The notes under the pieces were generated by a model. The model saw only the letters and a program-made list of their open reading frames with translations, was not told the origin of the DNA and did no database searches. Of a stretch of 64,000 nucleotides of DNA, positions 38,572 to 50,774 are shown one piece after another; the first letter of the stretch is position 1, and every line of letters begins with the position of its first letter. The position numbers and the translations under genes are program-made. The stretch covers positions 6,634,001 through 6,698,000 of the forward strand of contig NC_043018.1 in NCBI RefSeq assembly GCF_006345805.1, read 5' to 3'. Origin of the DNA: Octopus sinensis (taxonomy: Eukaryota).

Positions 38572-39447
38572 TTAACCCTTTAGTCAGCAACCCATCTGAG
38601 ACCTCCGCTGGCTCCATTCTAAAAACTTTTTTTGTTTTAAAGTAATTGAAATTAAAACCTTCCATCAAAATTTTGTGTTAATTTATATTTCAAACACCAG
38701 TTTAATAAAGTTAAAATTATTTTCACTGAATTCTTCATGATTTTCAAATTAATTGAACGAAAGACAATATATTAAAAATAAAATATGGTACTAAATGAAT
38801 TAAAGTGATCTAAATTAAAGCTTTTAATCAAAATTTCGTGTTAGTTTATATGCCAACACCAGTTTAATAATACTGAAATCATTTTACTAAATTCTTCAAA
38901 ATAAATTGGAACAAAAGCAATGTTTCAAGAGAAATATGGTACCAGAAACATTTAAGTGATCTAAATTAGAACTTTCAATCAAAATTTTGTGTTAGTTTAT
39001 ATTCCAAACACTAGTTTGAGGATAGTAAAATTGTATTTTACTAAATCCTTCATTGTGGAGGTGCAATGGCGCAGTGGTTAGGGCAGCGGACTTGCGGTTG
39101 GAGGATCGCGGTTTCGATTCCCAGACCAGGCGTTGTATGTGTTTATTGAACGGAAACACCTTAAAGCTGCATGAGGCTCAGGCAGGGGGTGGTGGCAACC
39201 CCTGTTGTACTCTTCCGCCCCAACTTTCTTTCACTCTTTCTTCCTGTTTCTGGAGTAATGCTGCGATTGACTGGCGTCCCTTCCAGCTGGGGGGGAACAC
39301 ATACGCCATAGAAACCGGGAAACTGGGCCCATGAGCATGGCTAGGCTTGAAAAGGGGGCATAAATAAAAAATAATCCTTCATTAGTTTTGAAATTAACCA
39401 AAACAAAAGTAATATATTCCAACAGAAATATAACAAATGGATAAAAC
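38572..39447. mobile_element. AT-rich non-autonomous DNA transposon with a TTAA-CCCT end (piggyBac-like) and three ~150-bp subrepeats
   Basis: Left end ttaaccctttag; aatta.a.ct....tcaaaattt.gtgtta.tttata at 38651, 38813 and 38963; another fragment at 40512-40660. Confidence 0.55.
39055..39372 (+). mobile_element. tRNA-derived SINE family D with 11-bp TSD
   Basis: Head ggcgcagtggttagggcagcggac...ggtttcgattccc; TSD aatccttcatt at 39044-39054 and 39373-39383. Confidence 0.9.
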
Positions 39448-39578
39448 TGAGCTGAATTTTAACATTCTGTCAAAATTTCATGCTAAGTTATGTCCAAATG
39501 CAAACTTAATAATGACAATATTTCATTTTGGGATTTGGTTTGCAAGAATCTTTATATGAGTTCGTGTGTTGAATCATA

Positions 39579-39869
39579 TTCTGTTGTGTCTGGAGAGAGT
39601 CATTTTCTTTTTGTGCCTTACACACCTACCAGTAAAATTTCCACTTTTTCTTATTTTATTTTTATTTTTATTTTCTTATTTTTATTGTCCTAAAATTTTC
39701 GTTGTCTTGCAACTTTTTCACTAGTTTTCAGTCAAAACTATTGAAAAGGTTGCAAGACGCAACGAAAATTTTAGGAAAATAAAAATAAGAAAAAAGTGGA
39801 AATTTTACCGGTGAGTGTGTTAAGTTATAAGGCACAAAAAGACATTGACTCTCCCCAGACACAACAGAA
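39579..39869. repeat. Fold-back element (~145-bp arms, ~7-nt loop)
   Basis: cctaaaattttcgttg.cttgcaac / gttgcaagacgcaacgaaaattttagg and ttctgttgtgtctgg / ccagacacaacagaa. Confidence 0.9.
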
Positions 39870-39929
39870 GAATGACAATGTTATATTACTAAATTGTTCA
39901 ATATTTTAAAAATTTACTGAAACAAAGGC

Positions 39930-40098
39930 TCAGGTGTGGCTGTGTGGTAAGAAGATTGCTTCCCAACCACATGGTTCTGGATTCAGACCTACTACGTGGT
40001 ACCTTGGGCTAGTGTCTTCTACTATAACCTCGGGCTGACCAAAGCCTTGTGAGTGGATTTGGTAGACAGAAACTGAAAGAAGCCCATTGTATATAATA

Positions 40099-40134
<36 letters not shown>

Positions 40135-40510
40135 TGCATGTACCGCGTGTGTATCGTTGGCGATTTTTTTTCCTCCGTCTTCCCTTCCTTGGATCTTTCT
40201 TTTTTCTATGTTTCTGACAAAGAGCTCCCCTCAAAATGTTAAATTCTCCTTCTTTTTTTCCTTTCCTGAGCGTCCAATAACACTATACTTGTTCCACATC
40301 CTCACGTGATTTTGTTTTCATGTTTGGATTAACTTTATTTATGTATGTATGTATTTGTATGTCTGTGTTTGTCCCCCCCACTATCACTTGACAACCGATG
40401 TTGGTGTGTTTACATTCCTGTAACATTAGTGGTTCAGCAAAAAAGACTGATAGAATAAATACTAGGCTTACAAAGAATAAATCCTGAGGTCGATTTGTTC
40501 AACCAAAGGC
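39930..40510 (+). mobile_element. SINE family A split by a ~210-bp insertion
   Basis: Head at 39930-40130, tail at 40350-40510. Confidence 0.8.
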
Positions 40511-40979
40511 TGATCTAAATTAAAATCTTCCAACAAAATTTATGCTTTAAACACCAGCTTAATGATGACAAAGCTAATTTAACGAACACGTCACGACTTA
40601 GAAAATTAAGTGAAACAAAGGCATTGTATTTTATCAGAAATATGCCAACAAATGGTTTAATGAATTCTTGGTTCCTGCTTATCTAAATGTGGAACTTTGT
40701 GGTTGATTACAATCTTTAAGTCTGCTAGTGGATTCAGGCAATTCTTAGATTTTTGTGCTGATTCATAGAAGAGAACTAAACCATATTGGTAAATGAATGT
40801 CTAAGTTCTTGGAGATAATCTCTTAGCAGCATTTCTTTTGGATCTTTATATTCTGAGTTCAAATTCCATCAAGGCTCTTTTTGCCTTTCATCCCTTTGGG
40901 GTCAATAGAATAGAACGATTTGAGTCCTGGGGTCAACATAATTAACCGGTTCCTTCTCCCCAAATTTCAGGTTTCATGC

Positions 40980-41200
40980 ATATTCTTTTACACGTTTCAG
41001 TCATTTGACTGTGGCCATGCTGGAGCACGACCTTAAAGGATTTTTTAGTTGAACAAATCGACCCCAGGACTAATTCTTTGGTAGCCTAGTATTTACTCTA
41101 TTGGTCTCTTTTGCTGAACCACTAAGTCATAGGGACATAAGCACACCAACATTGGTTGTCAAGTAATGGTAGGGAGACAAACACACACACACACAAATAT
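40980..41200 (-). mobile_element. SINE family A, 3' half
   Basis: Consensus match. Confidence 0.82.
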
Positions 41201-41204
41201 ATAC

Positions 41205-41235
<31 letters not shown>

Positions 41236-41415
41236 AATAAATAAATAAATAAATATTTATATATATATAGTGTGATGTTTATTCCATGGTTTACAATTGT
41301 TTCAACATGTGGAGGTGATCAATCACACATTATCTCAATAGACATTGTTGATGACAACAATTTAATCATGCATGTTATGTAATTTACTGGAAGCTGTTTC
41401 TTGAGAACCAATTGA

Positions 41416-41475
<60 letters not shown>

Positions 41476-41539
41476 CAACAATAATATATATATATATAGA
41501 TGATAGATCAATAGCCACTAAAACATTTTTCTATTTTAC

Positions 41540-41680
41540 AGTTTATTTTTGTGTTCCTTTCTGTTGAAGAGCGTAGGCTCGAAACGTAAAGGACTTTCTC
41601 ACTTCCCGAGCGTTAAACTAATACATCTGTTTGTTGTTTACACACTTGTCTTTGTCTTTTATCTAAAGAAAATACTTGAT
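41540..41680 (+). mobile_element. Penelope-like pseudo-LTR fragment with a hammerhead-like motif
   Basis: tcctt t ctgttgaa gagc gtag gctc gaaac gta aagga: stem II, GAAAC-GTA and stem I pairing are present; the CUGANGA box is aberrant. Confidence 0.5.
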
Positions 41681-41754
41681 GGTTGTAGATGGTACACATT
41701 GCCCGATCACTCAATCACAAATCTGTTCAACCGTTGCATCATTGCAGATCAAAC

Positions 41755-42375
41755 ATCAGCCACCATGTCCACAACCACCACCACCACCACCACTACAACC
41801 ATTACCCTCAATGCCATTGCCACCATCACCATGAACATTTCCACCACGACCACCACCACTAAAATCATTACCTTCAATGTCACCGCCACCATCACCATGA
41901 TCATTTCCACCACCACTATAACCATTGCCACCGATACTACCACTACTATCACCACCATCACTATGACCATTTCCACCACCACCAACACCAACACTATGAC
42001 CATCACTACCACCATGACCATCACCACCACTACAGTCAGCAACACCACAACCACGCCCATCACCACTACCACCCTCCCACCCCACCCCATCACCACTACC
42101 ACTCTTATACTACCCCCACCACAACCATCACCCCCCCATCACCACAACCACGCCATCACCACTACCACCACCACAACCACTACCACAATTACAACCACCA
42201 TCACCACCACCACCCCCATCACCACAACCACAACCATCACCACCACAACCATCACCCCCCATCACCACAACCACAACCATCACCACTACCACTACAACCA
42301 CCACTACCACCATTAACACCACCAACAACCCACCACCATCACCACTACCACCACCACCACCACCACCACCACCTC
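41755..42375. repeat. (ACC/CAC)n-rich microsatellite
   Basis: Directly visible. Confidence 0.92.
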
Positions 42376-42684
42376 CACCAAGCGCCTCCCTCCTTTCCCG
42401 CTTCTGCGACAAGGCTGATATAGATATGTGTGTTGTTAGTCTGATGAGTCTAATTGCTGTTATTAGCATTAATAAAGTTACTTGAAGACTGCATCTCTTA
42501 GCATCACCAATATCCTGCCTTTTGCTTCGGATATAAGTACCACATCAATCACTGACTAATGGCTTTTAGCTGATTTATGGATCACAGCGAGGAGATGAGG
42601 CACTAATGTCTTACTACAGCTACACCACTCACTTCAATCTGTCGTGGGTTTTGGTTCTTTTTTTTCTATCTTGTTTGCATCAGA

Positions 42685-42870
42685 GTGCGTGTGTGTGTGT
42701 GTGTGTATGTGAATGTGTGTGTGCGTGTTTGTATGTGTGTGTGTATGTGTGTGTGTGCGCACGTACGCAAATGTATGTGCGTGTGTGTGTGTGTGTATGT
42801 GTATGTGTGTGCGTGTTTGTATGTGTGTGTGTATGTGTGTGTGTGTGCGCACGTACGCAAATGTATGTGC

Positions 42871-42902
<32 letters not shown>

Positions 42903-43137
42903 GTGCGTGTTTGTATGTGTGTGTGTATGTGTGTGTGTGCGCACGTACGCAAATGTATGTGTGTGTGTGTGTGGTGTGTGTATGTGTGTGTGTGCGTGTT
43001 TGTATGTGTGTGTGTATGTTGTGTGTGTGCGCACGTACGCAAATGTATGTGCGTGTGTGTGTGTGTGTGTATGTGTATGTGTGTGCGTGTTTGTATGTGT
43101 GTGTGTATGTGTGTGTGTGCGCACGTACGCAAATGTA

Positions 43138-43170
<33 letters not shown>

Positions 43171-44090
43171 GTGCGTGTTTGTATGTGTGTGTGTATGTGT
43201 GTGTGTGTGCGCACATATGCAAATGCATGTGCGTGTGTGTGTGTGTGTATGTGTGCAAGTGTGGGAGTATGTGTGTGCGTGTTTTAGTGTATGAGTACGT
43301 GTTCGTCTGAATGTGTGTGTGTGTGCATGCAAATGTGTGTGTGTGTGTGTGTATCTGTGAGTATAGGTGATTGAGTGTGTGTGTGTGTGAGCATGTGACT
43401 GTGTACGTGCATGCAAATGTATGTGCGTGTGTGTGTGCAAGTGTCTGAGTATGTGTATGTGTGTTTTAGTGCATGAGTATGTGTGTGTGTGTGTATCTGC
43501 GAGTATGGGTGTTTCAGAGTGTGTGTGTATGTGTGTGCGTGTGTGTGTGCACATATGCAAATGTATGTGCGTGTGTGTGTGCGCAAGTGTGGGAGTATGT
43601 GCATGTGTGTTTTAGTGTATGAGTACGTGTGTGTTTGAGTGTGTGTGAGTGTGCAGGCAAATGTGTGTGTGTTTATCTGTGAGTATGGGTGTTTGTGTGT
43701 GTGTGTGTGCATGCAAATGTGTGTGCATGTGTGTGTCTGCGTGTTTCTTCTGTGTGTGTGTTTGTATCTGTGAGTACAGGTATGGGTGTTTGAGTGTATG
43801 TGTGTGTGTGTGTGTGTGTGAGCACGTATGTGTGTATGTGCATGCCAATATATGCACGTGTGTGTTTCTTCTTTGTGTGTGTTTATGTGTGTGTGTTCTG
43901 TCAAGGTGAATGGTGATATGTTTACATGTGTGTGCTTGTATGTGTGTGAGTGTGTATGTTTCTGTGCGAGTGCATATGCATGTGTGTATGTGCATGTGTG
44001 CAAGTATGTGTCTTATCTGTGCGTGTTTGTGTATGTGTTCTGTAGAGATGATGATGTTTCCATATGTGTATTTGTATGTGTGTGTGTGTA
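42685..44090. repeat. (TG)n-based tract with a higher-order unit of ~85-95 bp
   Basis: gcgcacgtacgcaaatgtatgt recurs about five times between 42757 and 43140. Confidence 0.9.
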
Positions 44091-44383
44091 TTATAGCTAT
44101 GTGTTGTTGTTGTTGTTGTTGTTGTTGGTTGTGGTGGTGGAAGTGAGAATTCTGGTGCTGGTTGTTTTGGTGGTGGTAGTGGTGGGGATGGTATTAATGA
44201 TTCTGTCATTCTTGCATTGCACAGGCTAGATCTAAATGAGCTAAATAATGATAAAAAACTCTCCATCCATGACCACCTCAACTGTCTTCTATATACCTAT
44301 CACTTCATTGTCCAATGTGTCCTCCCTTCCTTTTTTAATGCAGTAGTACATGATTCAAAGGAGATTTGCCTGCTATTTCTTAC

Positions 44384-44455
44384 AGGTCAATCGACCACGT
44401 AGAAGCTGTCTCATTGCTTGGCTCATGTTATTCATGTCATTTAGCCATTGGTCAG
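44384..44455 (-). CDS. Candidate 72-bp exon (xDQWLNDMNNMSQAMRQLLRGRLTx)
   Basis: Donor CCT|gtaaga, acceptor ctcaattatag, phase 1-1, amphipathic-helix-like peptide. Confidence 0.3.
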
Positions 44456-45064
44456 CTATAATTGAGCTGACCCATGGTCAATACTCCAGCCATGATGGAT
44501 CCATTTATTTTCTCCCTCTACCTTATCTAATTTTGTATTATCCAATATATCACTCCTTTTTTGAAGTGATTTTATAGTGATGATGAAGATTTAACTGTTA
44601 TTTCTAACAGATCAAGCAGTCATTTTTACAAAGTATTTTGTTGGTTTAATTAGTAGCATAATTAGAGAGGAGGGGCAGTTCACCCCTCTCATCCTGGGCA
44701 AAGCTTTCATCAGCGGGTTGGGTCTGTTGTATGAGTCAGTATAAACATGTATAGGATTGGGAGTGGGGCCGGGTTGGTAAGAGAGGCAATGTGCAAACTC
44801 AAGTGCTGTCCAGGGTGGCACACACACACCCAAACAATGCCACTGGGGTCGTTAGTGTCGCCTTTACTGGTTTTATGGCTTGTATGTTGTTGCTGTTGAG
44901 CAGTGCTGTTGAGCGAACGGTCTTCATCCCAGAGCTCGCAAGATGGGAGAAGGCTGAAACGTGGTCCTTTGCTATTCCTAAGACCCACAGAAGAGAAAGC
45001 AGGTCAACCCCGACACCGAGAGCATCGACGGATGGATGAATTCGCATCCAGGCTCAGCGGTTGC

Positions 45065-45275
45065 ATAGGAAGTCGAGGACAAGAAACAGAAAGAAAGAGT
45101 GAAAGAAAGTTGGAGCGAAAGAGTACAACAGGGGTCGCCACCACCCCTGCCAGAGCCTCATGGAGCTTTAGGTGTTTTCGCTCAATAAACACACACAACG
45201 CCTGGTCTGGGAATTGAAACCACGATCCTCCGACCGCGAGACCACTGCCCTAACCACTGGGCCATTGTGCCTCCA
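45065..45275 (-). mobile_element. SINE family D
   Basis: Reverse complement of the 39055 and 54472 copies. Confidence 0.88.
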
Positions 45276-45541
45276 TTTTGTTGTTGCTGCTGTTGTCATT
45301 TGACCCAGGAGCAGCCTCTGAGCAGCTATTGCCATGACGACTTTCTATCCTGATCAAAGCAACAATCACACACTACACACCTTTCTTCTAAGCAGTGCTA
45401 TAAACAGCAGAAATAAGCTAGGATGTTAAAACTTAGTGCACATGCTCAACAGAGTCAAGGGCCAATGTATGCCAAGCAGCTCTACTCTGCATGCTTTAGC
45501 TTCATTACTATGGCAACAGTCCAGATACTTCTTGATCAGAC

Positions 45542-45612
<71 letters not shown>

Positions 45613-46291
45613 GATGAAAAATGATGAAATTAACCTCTTTGTCTATATATCTACCCTCTTTGTAATGTTGGCAAATGGAATAAGTATAAAAATGTACATT
45701 GTCTATTTAATTAAAAAATTCTATATGTGGCTGAAGATTGCTCTACATTTTAAAACTGATGTAATACTTACAGTGTTTAATAAAATGAAGTAGCATGAAA
45801 CGATTGTACTACACTACCTTGGATATCCTTGTTGCTTATTTTGATTATAATCACCCCATTTGATTTATATGGATAATGCCATACCAAATTCTGGTGCCTT
45901 TAACTTAAGCACCATATTCATATGTATCTAAATTTTGCTGAACTTATATATATATATATATATATGAAATAGTAGCACAACAAGGCATGAATTAATTAAA
46001 TCTCAGAATGAGATTGAAACAGTAATCGCTCGATAATGTAAAGTATAGAAGCCATCTTATCATGGCTAACCACATTGGGGAGGGGGTGTTACTGTAGCTT
46101 TATAGCCCCAAGAGATCTTCGTCTCTAGCTGGCTCTAGACACAATATCTGTGTCCTTGGAGTATTTGCAAAGGGAGGCCATCCCTTCCTCGCAAGCCTGA
46201 GTGATACGCTTGAACTATCGAAGGCATGAATTATTTGATGGAAAATAATACTATTGTATTGCAATAGTATTTATGATTTATATATGTATAT

Positions 46292-46348
<57 letters not shown>

Positions 46349-46612
46349 AAAATTGAGGGAGATAAATTAATATTAATTTTAATATCAATTTAAAACCAGT
46401 AGTCCAGCATTCAAAAAATCTGAGGAGTCAGAGAAAATTCAAATATATGTGTATATTGGCAGGGCTGGCCTGCTAGGTAGCCGGCCAGAATGCTAGAAAT
46501 AGATCATAAACGATCAAACTACAAGGGAAATTCTCTAGAGGAAGAATTCAGCGAACACCAGAACCGAATTTGGCGGTCAGGACATATGAAAAATTAAATA
46601 AAAAACAGACTT

Positions 46613-46690
46613 AAATGCATACCTCGGTTTCGGTCTTAACAAAAGAATTACTTGCATAATTCAAGTGTCCGTGACTTCTTCAGTACATTC
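46613..46690 (-). ncRNA. Type-I hammerhead ribozyme motif (mirror copy)
   Basis: Reverse complement of 47218-47294 with one extra nucleotide in the stem II loop. Confidence 0.6.
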
Positions 46691-47217
46691 GGTCCTCGAG
46701 ATGCAAACCGCAAAACTAACCCCAGCTCTCTGTGTCAAGACAGACACGTGCTTAGTCTTACTGATTACATCGGGAATAAAATTTCAAATGTCTTGGTTCC
46801 GGCGCGCTAAGAGACTCCTGAAGCGAAGGGCTGCAGTGAATAATTCACTGCGGGTAAAGCTTACTGCTAGGGAACGTGCCGGCTACCTAGCAGGCCAGCC
46901 CTGCCAATATACACATATATTTGAATTTTCTCTGACTCCTCAGATTTTTTGAATGCTGGACTACTGGTTTTAAATTGATATTAAAATTAATATTAATTTA
47001 TCTCCCTCAATTTTTAAATATTTAAATAAAACGTTCCCTAGCAGTAAGCTTTACCCGCAGTGAATTATTCACTGCAGCCCTTCGCTTCAGGAGTCTCTTA
47101 GCGCGCCGGAACCAAGACATTTGAAATTTTATTCCCGATGTAATCAGTAAGACTAAGCACGTGTCTGTCTTGACACAGAGAGCTGGGGTTAGTTTTGCGG
47201 TTTGCATCTCGAGGACC

Positions 47218-47294
47218 GAATGTACTGAAGAAGTCACGGACACTGAATTATGCAAGTAATTCTTTTGTTAAGACCGAAACCGAGGTATGCATTT
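47218..47294 (+). ncRNA. Type-I hammerhead ribozyme motif
   Basis: gaatgta-CTGAAGA-agtc..(gaatta/taattc)..gacc-GAAA-cc ga gg-TA-tgcattt: 7-bp stem I with two G.U pairs, intact core boxes, minimal stem III, A.C at 10.1/11.1. Confidence 0.6.
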
Positions 47295-47450
47295 AAGTCT
47301 GTTTTTTATTTAATTTTTCATATGTCCTGCCCGCCAAATTCGGTTCTGGTGTTCGCTGAATTCTTCCTCTAGAGAATTTCCCTTGTAGTTTGATCGTTTA
47401 TGATCTATTTCTAGCATTCTGGCCGGCTACCTAGCAGGCCAGCCCTGCCA

Positions 47451-47496
<46 letters not shown>

Positions 47497-47559
47497 ATAT
47501 GTATGTATTTATGTATGTGTGTATGTATGTATGTATGTATATATGTATGTATGTATGTA

Positions 47560-47710
47560 TAAGCAACAAGCTTATACATACCAAACCCCCTTGCAAGATT
47601 TTGGCCAGAGGCTATAGTAGAAGACACTTGCCCGGTTTCCCAAGATGCAAAGCAGTGGAATTGAACTCAAAACCATGTGGTTGGGAAACAAATTTCTTAC
47701 CGCACAGCAA
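47560..47710 (-). mobile_element. SINE family A, 5' part
   Basis: Consensus match. Confidence 0.75.
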
Positions 47711-48072
47711 CACCCACGTCTGTTGACAGCAATAATTCTTCCCTTTCTCTCACTGCTGCTTATCTTATATAATCCTCCACCTGACACATGTGGGAATTTA
47801 CATGGTTTTTTTTCTGGTGTTTTAGAAAATTTCATAGAAACAACATGTTATAGAAATTTGGAATACAATAGAATTGATAATTGAAACAATGCCGTACTGA
47901 ATGGCTCTCTCTGTTATTTTCATCAAAATTTCTATTATATGTTGTTTCGATAAGATTTTCTGGATATTAAAAATAAAAAAATAATATGGAAATCCATGCT
48001 TCCGATACACATGCTCATTTTAATGTGTTGTTCCATGTCGATAACACAACAAATATACATTCATACATGTGC

Positions 48073-48107
<35 letters not shown>

Positions 48108-48484
48108 TGTATGTATGTATATATATATATAGGTGTGTATATAATATATATATATATATATATACATATATACATACATATATATGTATATATCTATATA
48201 CATTACATATATATATATATATATATAATATATATAATATATATCTATATATATATCTATATATATATGTGTGTGTGTGTGTATATATAAGTTCAGCAAA
48301 AATTTTGATTTCAATGAATATGGTACTTATTTAGATGCACCAGAATTTTGTATGGTTATGGTGTATATCCATAAATCCGTGATATATATATATATATATA
48401 TAATATATATATAGTAATTATATATATATATATAATATATAATATAATATATATTATATATATATATATTATATATATATATAC

Positions 48485-48524
<40 letters not shown>

Positions 48525-48577
48525 GTATAATATATATATATTATATATATATATTAGATATATATATTATGTATAAT

Positions 48578-48622
<45 letters not shown>

Positions 48623-48625
<3 letters not shown>

Positions 48626-48720
48626 ATATTAGAGAGAAACCACTATGTGGACACCCTTATGCTAGAAATAGATCCGCTTAGCATAAGGATATCCATATAG
48701 TGGTTTCCCTCTAATATGTA
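48623..48720. repeat. ~40-bp-stem hairpin with a ~13-nt loop
   Basis: agagagaaaccactatgtggacacccttatgcta versus tagcataaggatatccatatagtggtttccctct. Confidence 0.85.
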
Positions 48721-48914
48721 TGTAATACAATTTTACTGAACCTTCAGTTTTTTTATATGCTAGACCTCTGGTGTGAAATCGATGTTAATTAAATTAATAT
48801 CTAATTTCTTACCCTCATTTTAAATTTATATTTATAGATATATATATATATGTGTGTGTGCGTGTGTGTGTGAGGGTGTGTGGCCTAGTGGTTAGAGTGT
48901 TGCATTCACAGGAG

Positions 48915-49410
48915 TAACTCAGGGGGCACTGGTATTTGAATGGGGCCTTTTACATGTCACCAGCATGGGTGCCAGTCAGGTGGCACTGACATCAGCCATA
49001 ATTGTGACTTAACTTGACTCAAAAGGTACTCTTAAGCACAGCATATCACCTGACGATTCAAGGGTACTTTTAAAAGGGGTGGTTATGCAATAATGGCATT
49101 GGCCACAGCTGTAATCTCACTTTACTTGCCAGGTCTTCTCAAGCACAGCATATCTCCAAAGGTCTTTGTCTCTTGTCATTGCCTTCATGAGGCCCAACGT
49201 TCAAAGGTTCATCCCATGTCTTCCTGGGTCTACCTCTTCCACAGGTTCCTTCCAATGTTAGGGTGTGACACTTGTTCACATAGCTGTCCTCATCCATACA
49301 CAGCACATGACCATACTGGCACAATCATCTCTCTTGCACACCACACCTGATGCTTCTTATGCCCGACTTTTCTCTCAGGGCACTTACACTCTGTCATGTA
49401 TGCACACAGG
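48915..49410 (-). mobile_element. RTE LINE 3' fragment (ORF2 C-terminus and part of the UTR)
   Basis: YGHVLCMDEDSYVNKCHTLTLEGTCGRGRPRKTW is the classic RTE C-terminus. Confidence 0.88.
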
Positions 49411-49539
49411 TACACACATATGATGATGATGATGATGATGATTTAATAACTTAGTTACTCTTTGGTGTTAAAAAATGGAATCTGAATTTAGAATGCATAG
49501 ACCCTCAACAGACATATGGCAGATATCCAGATACAGGCA

Positions 49540-49950
49540 TAGGTGTGGCTGGGTTCAATCCCACTACATGATACCTTGGGCAGTTGTCTTCTGCTCTAGC
49601 TCTGGACTGACCAAAGCCTATCATGTGTGTGTGTGTATGCATGTGTGTGTGTGTGTGCATACGTGTGTGTGTATGCATGTGTGTGTGTGCATCTGTGTGT
49701 GTGTTCTTTGTGTATTTATTTGTCCCCCACTACTCACTGCTTGTCGGCTGGTGTTAGTGTATTTACATCCCAGTAAATTAGCAGTTCAGCAAAGAATACC
49801 AATAGGATAAGCACAAGGCTTAACAGAAAGAAAAAAGAAAAAGAAAAACAGAAAAGCATAAGGACTGGGGTTGATTTGTTTCACTATAATTCTCCAGAGT
49901 GGTGCTCCAGCATGGCCACAGTCTACAGCCTGAAATGAGTAAAAGATAAC
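49540..49950 (+). mobile_element. SINE family A, diverged
   Basis: Head, body and tail motifs present. Confidence 0.8.
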
Positions 49951-50254
49951 AGAAAAGATATCATAGAGCATTTTATTCAATGCTTTGATATAGTCTGACA
50001 ACCCTTCAGCCATGGAATACCATGTTAATTATCGCAACACCCACAAGGATAAAATGGATTTTGAAGTAGTTATCTTCTCTTCAACATTGATGCTAAGCTG
50101 GTAACAAGTTTATATTTATATAAATCACTGCTTAGCTCTTCTAATCCATACATATCACTATCATCATCATCGTCTTCACACATACACACACACAGATATA
50201 TACATACATATTTATAAATATAAACATGTATTTATAAATACAAAAATATATATA

Positions 50255-50294
<40 letters not shown>

Positions 50295-50419
50295 TTATAT
50301 ATATATATATATATAATATATTTATATATATATATTTTGCATATATGCATATATTATGTGTGTGCATATATATATATGTATATATTACACACACACACTC
50401 ACATACACAGTTTTATATC

Positions 50420-50498
<79 letters not shown>

Positions 50499-50774
50499 AT
50501 ATACACATGTATGCATATATACATATATGTATATTCATGTATGCATGTATATTCATATATACATGTATACACACACACACGTATATATATATATATATAT
50601 ATCCTAGCAGGAGCAATTTATTAGTTTTTGGTGGTGTCTGTCTTCCATTGTAGTGGAACAAAAACGCAGGAATATATAAGCAAACAAACAAACAAACAAA
50701 CAACACCATTCAACTATTGATGCAAACCATTATAACTCGTTAATGCAAATGCTTATTCATCAGTAAGAATTTAC

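Larger units (their letters stand above)
46343..47457. mobile_element. Nested inverted duplication A-B-A'-B'-a' (probable Penelope-like pLTR fold-back)
   Basis: A 46343-46485, B 46486-46877, rcA 46878-47020, 10-bp spacer, rcB 47031-47421, partial rcA 47422-47457. B and B' differ by about one substitution and one indel. Confidence 0.9.

Noticed and set aside
39055-39135. tRNA genes at SINE heads (also 54475, 45200, 20592)
   Set aside because: They have A and B boxes but no complete cloverleaf and continue into SINE bodies.
42606-44229. Overlapping 180-308-aa His/Thr or Cys/Val ORFs
   Set aside because: Translations of (TG)n/(CA)n repeats, open in most frames.
46665-47255. Duplicated 75-95-aa ORFs (…MQTAKLTPALCVKTDTC…)
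   Set aside because: Both come from the inverted segment B, with no recognisable domain; likely the antisense of a non-coding pLTR.
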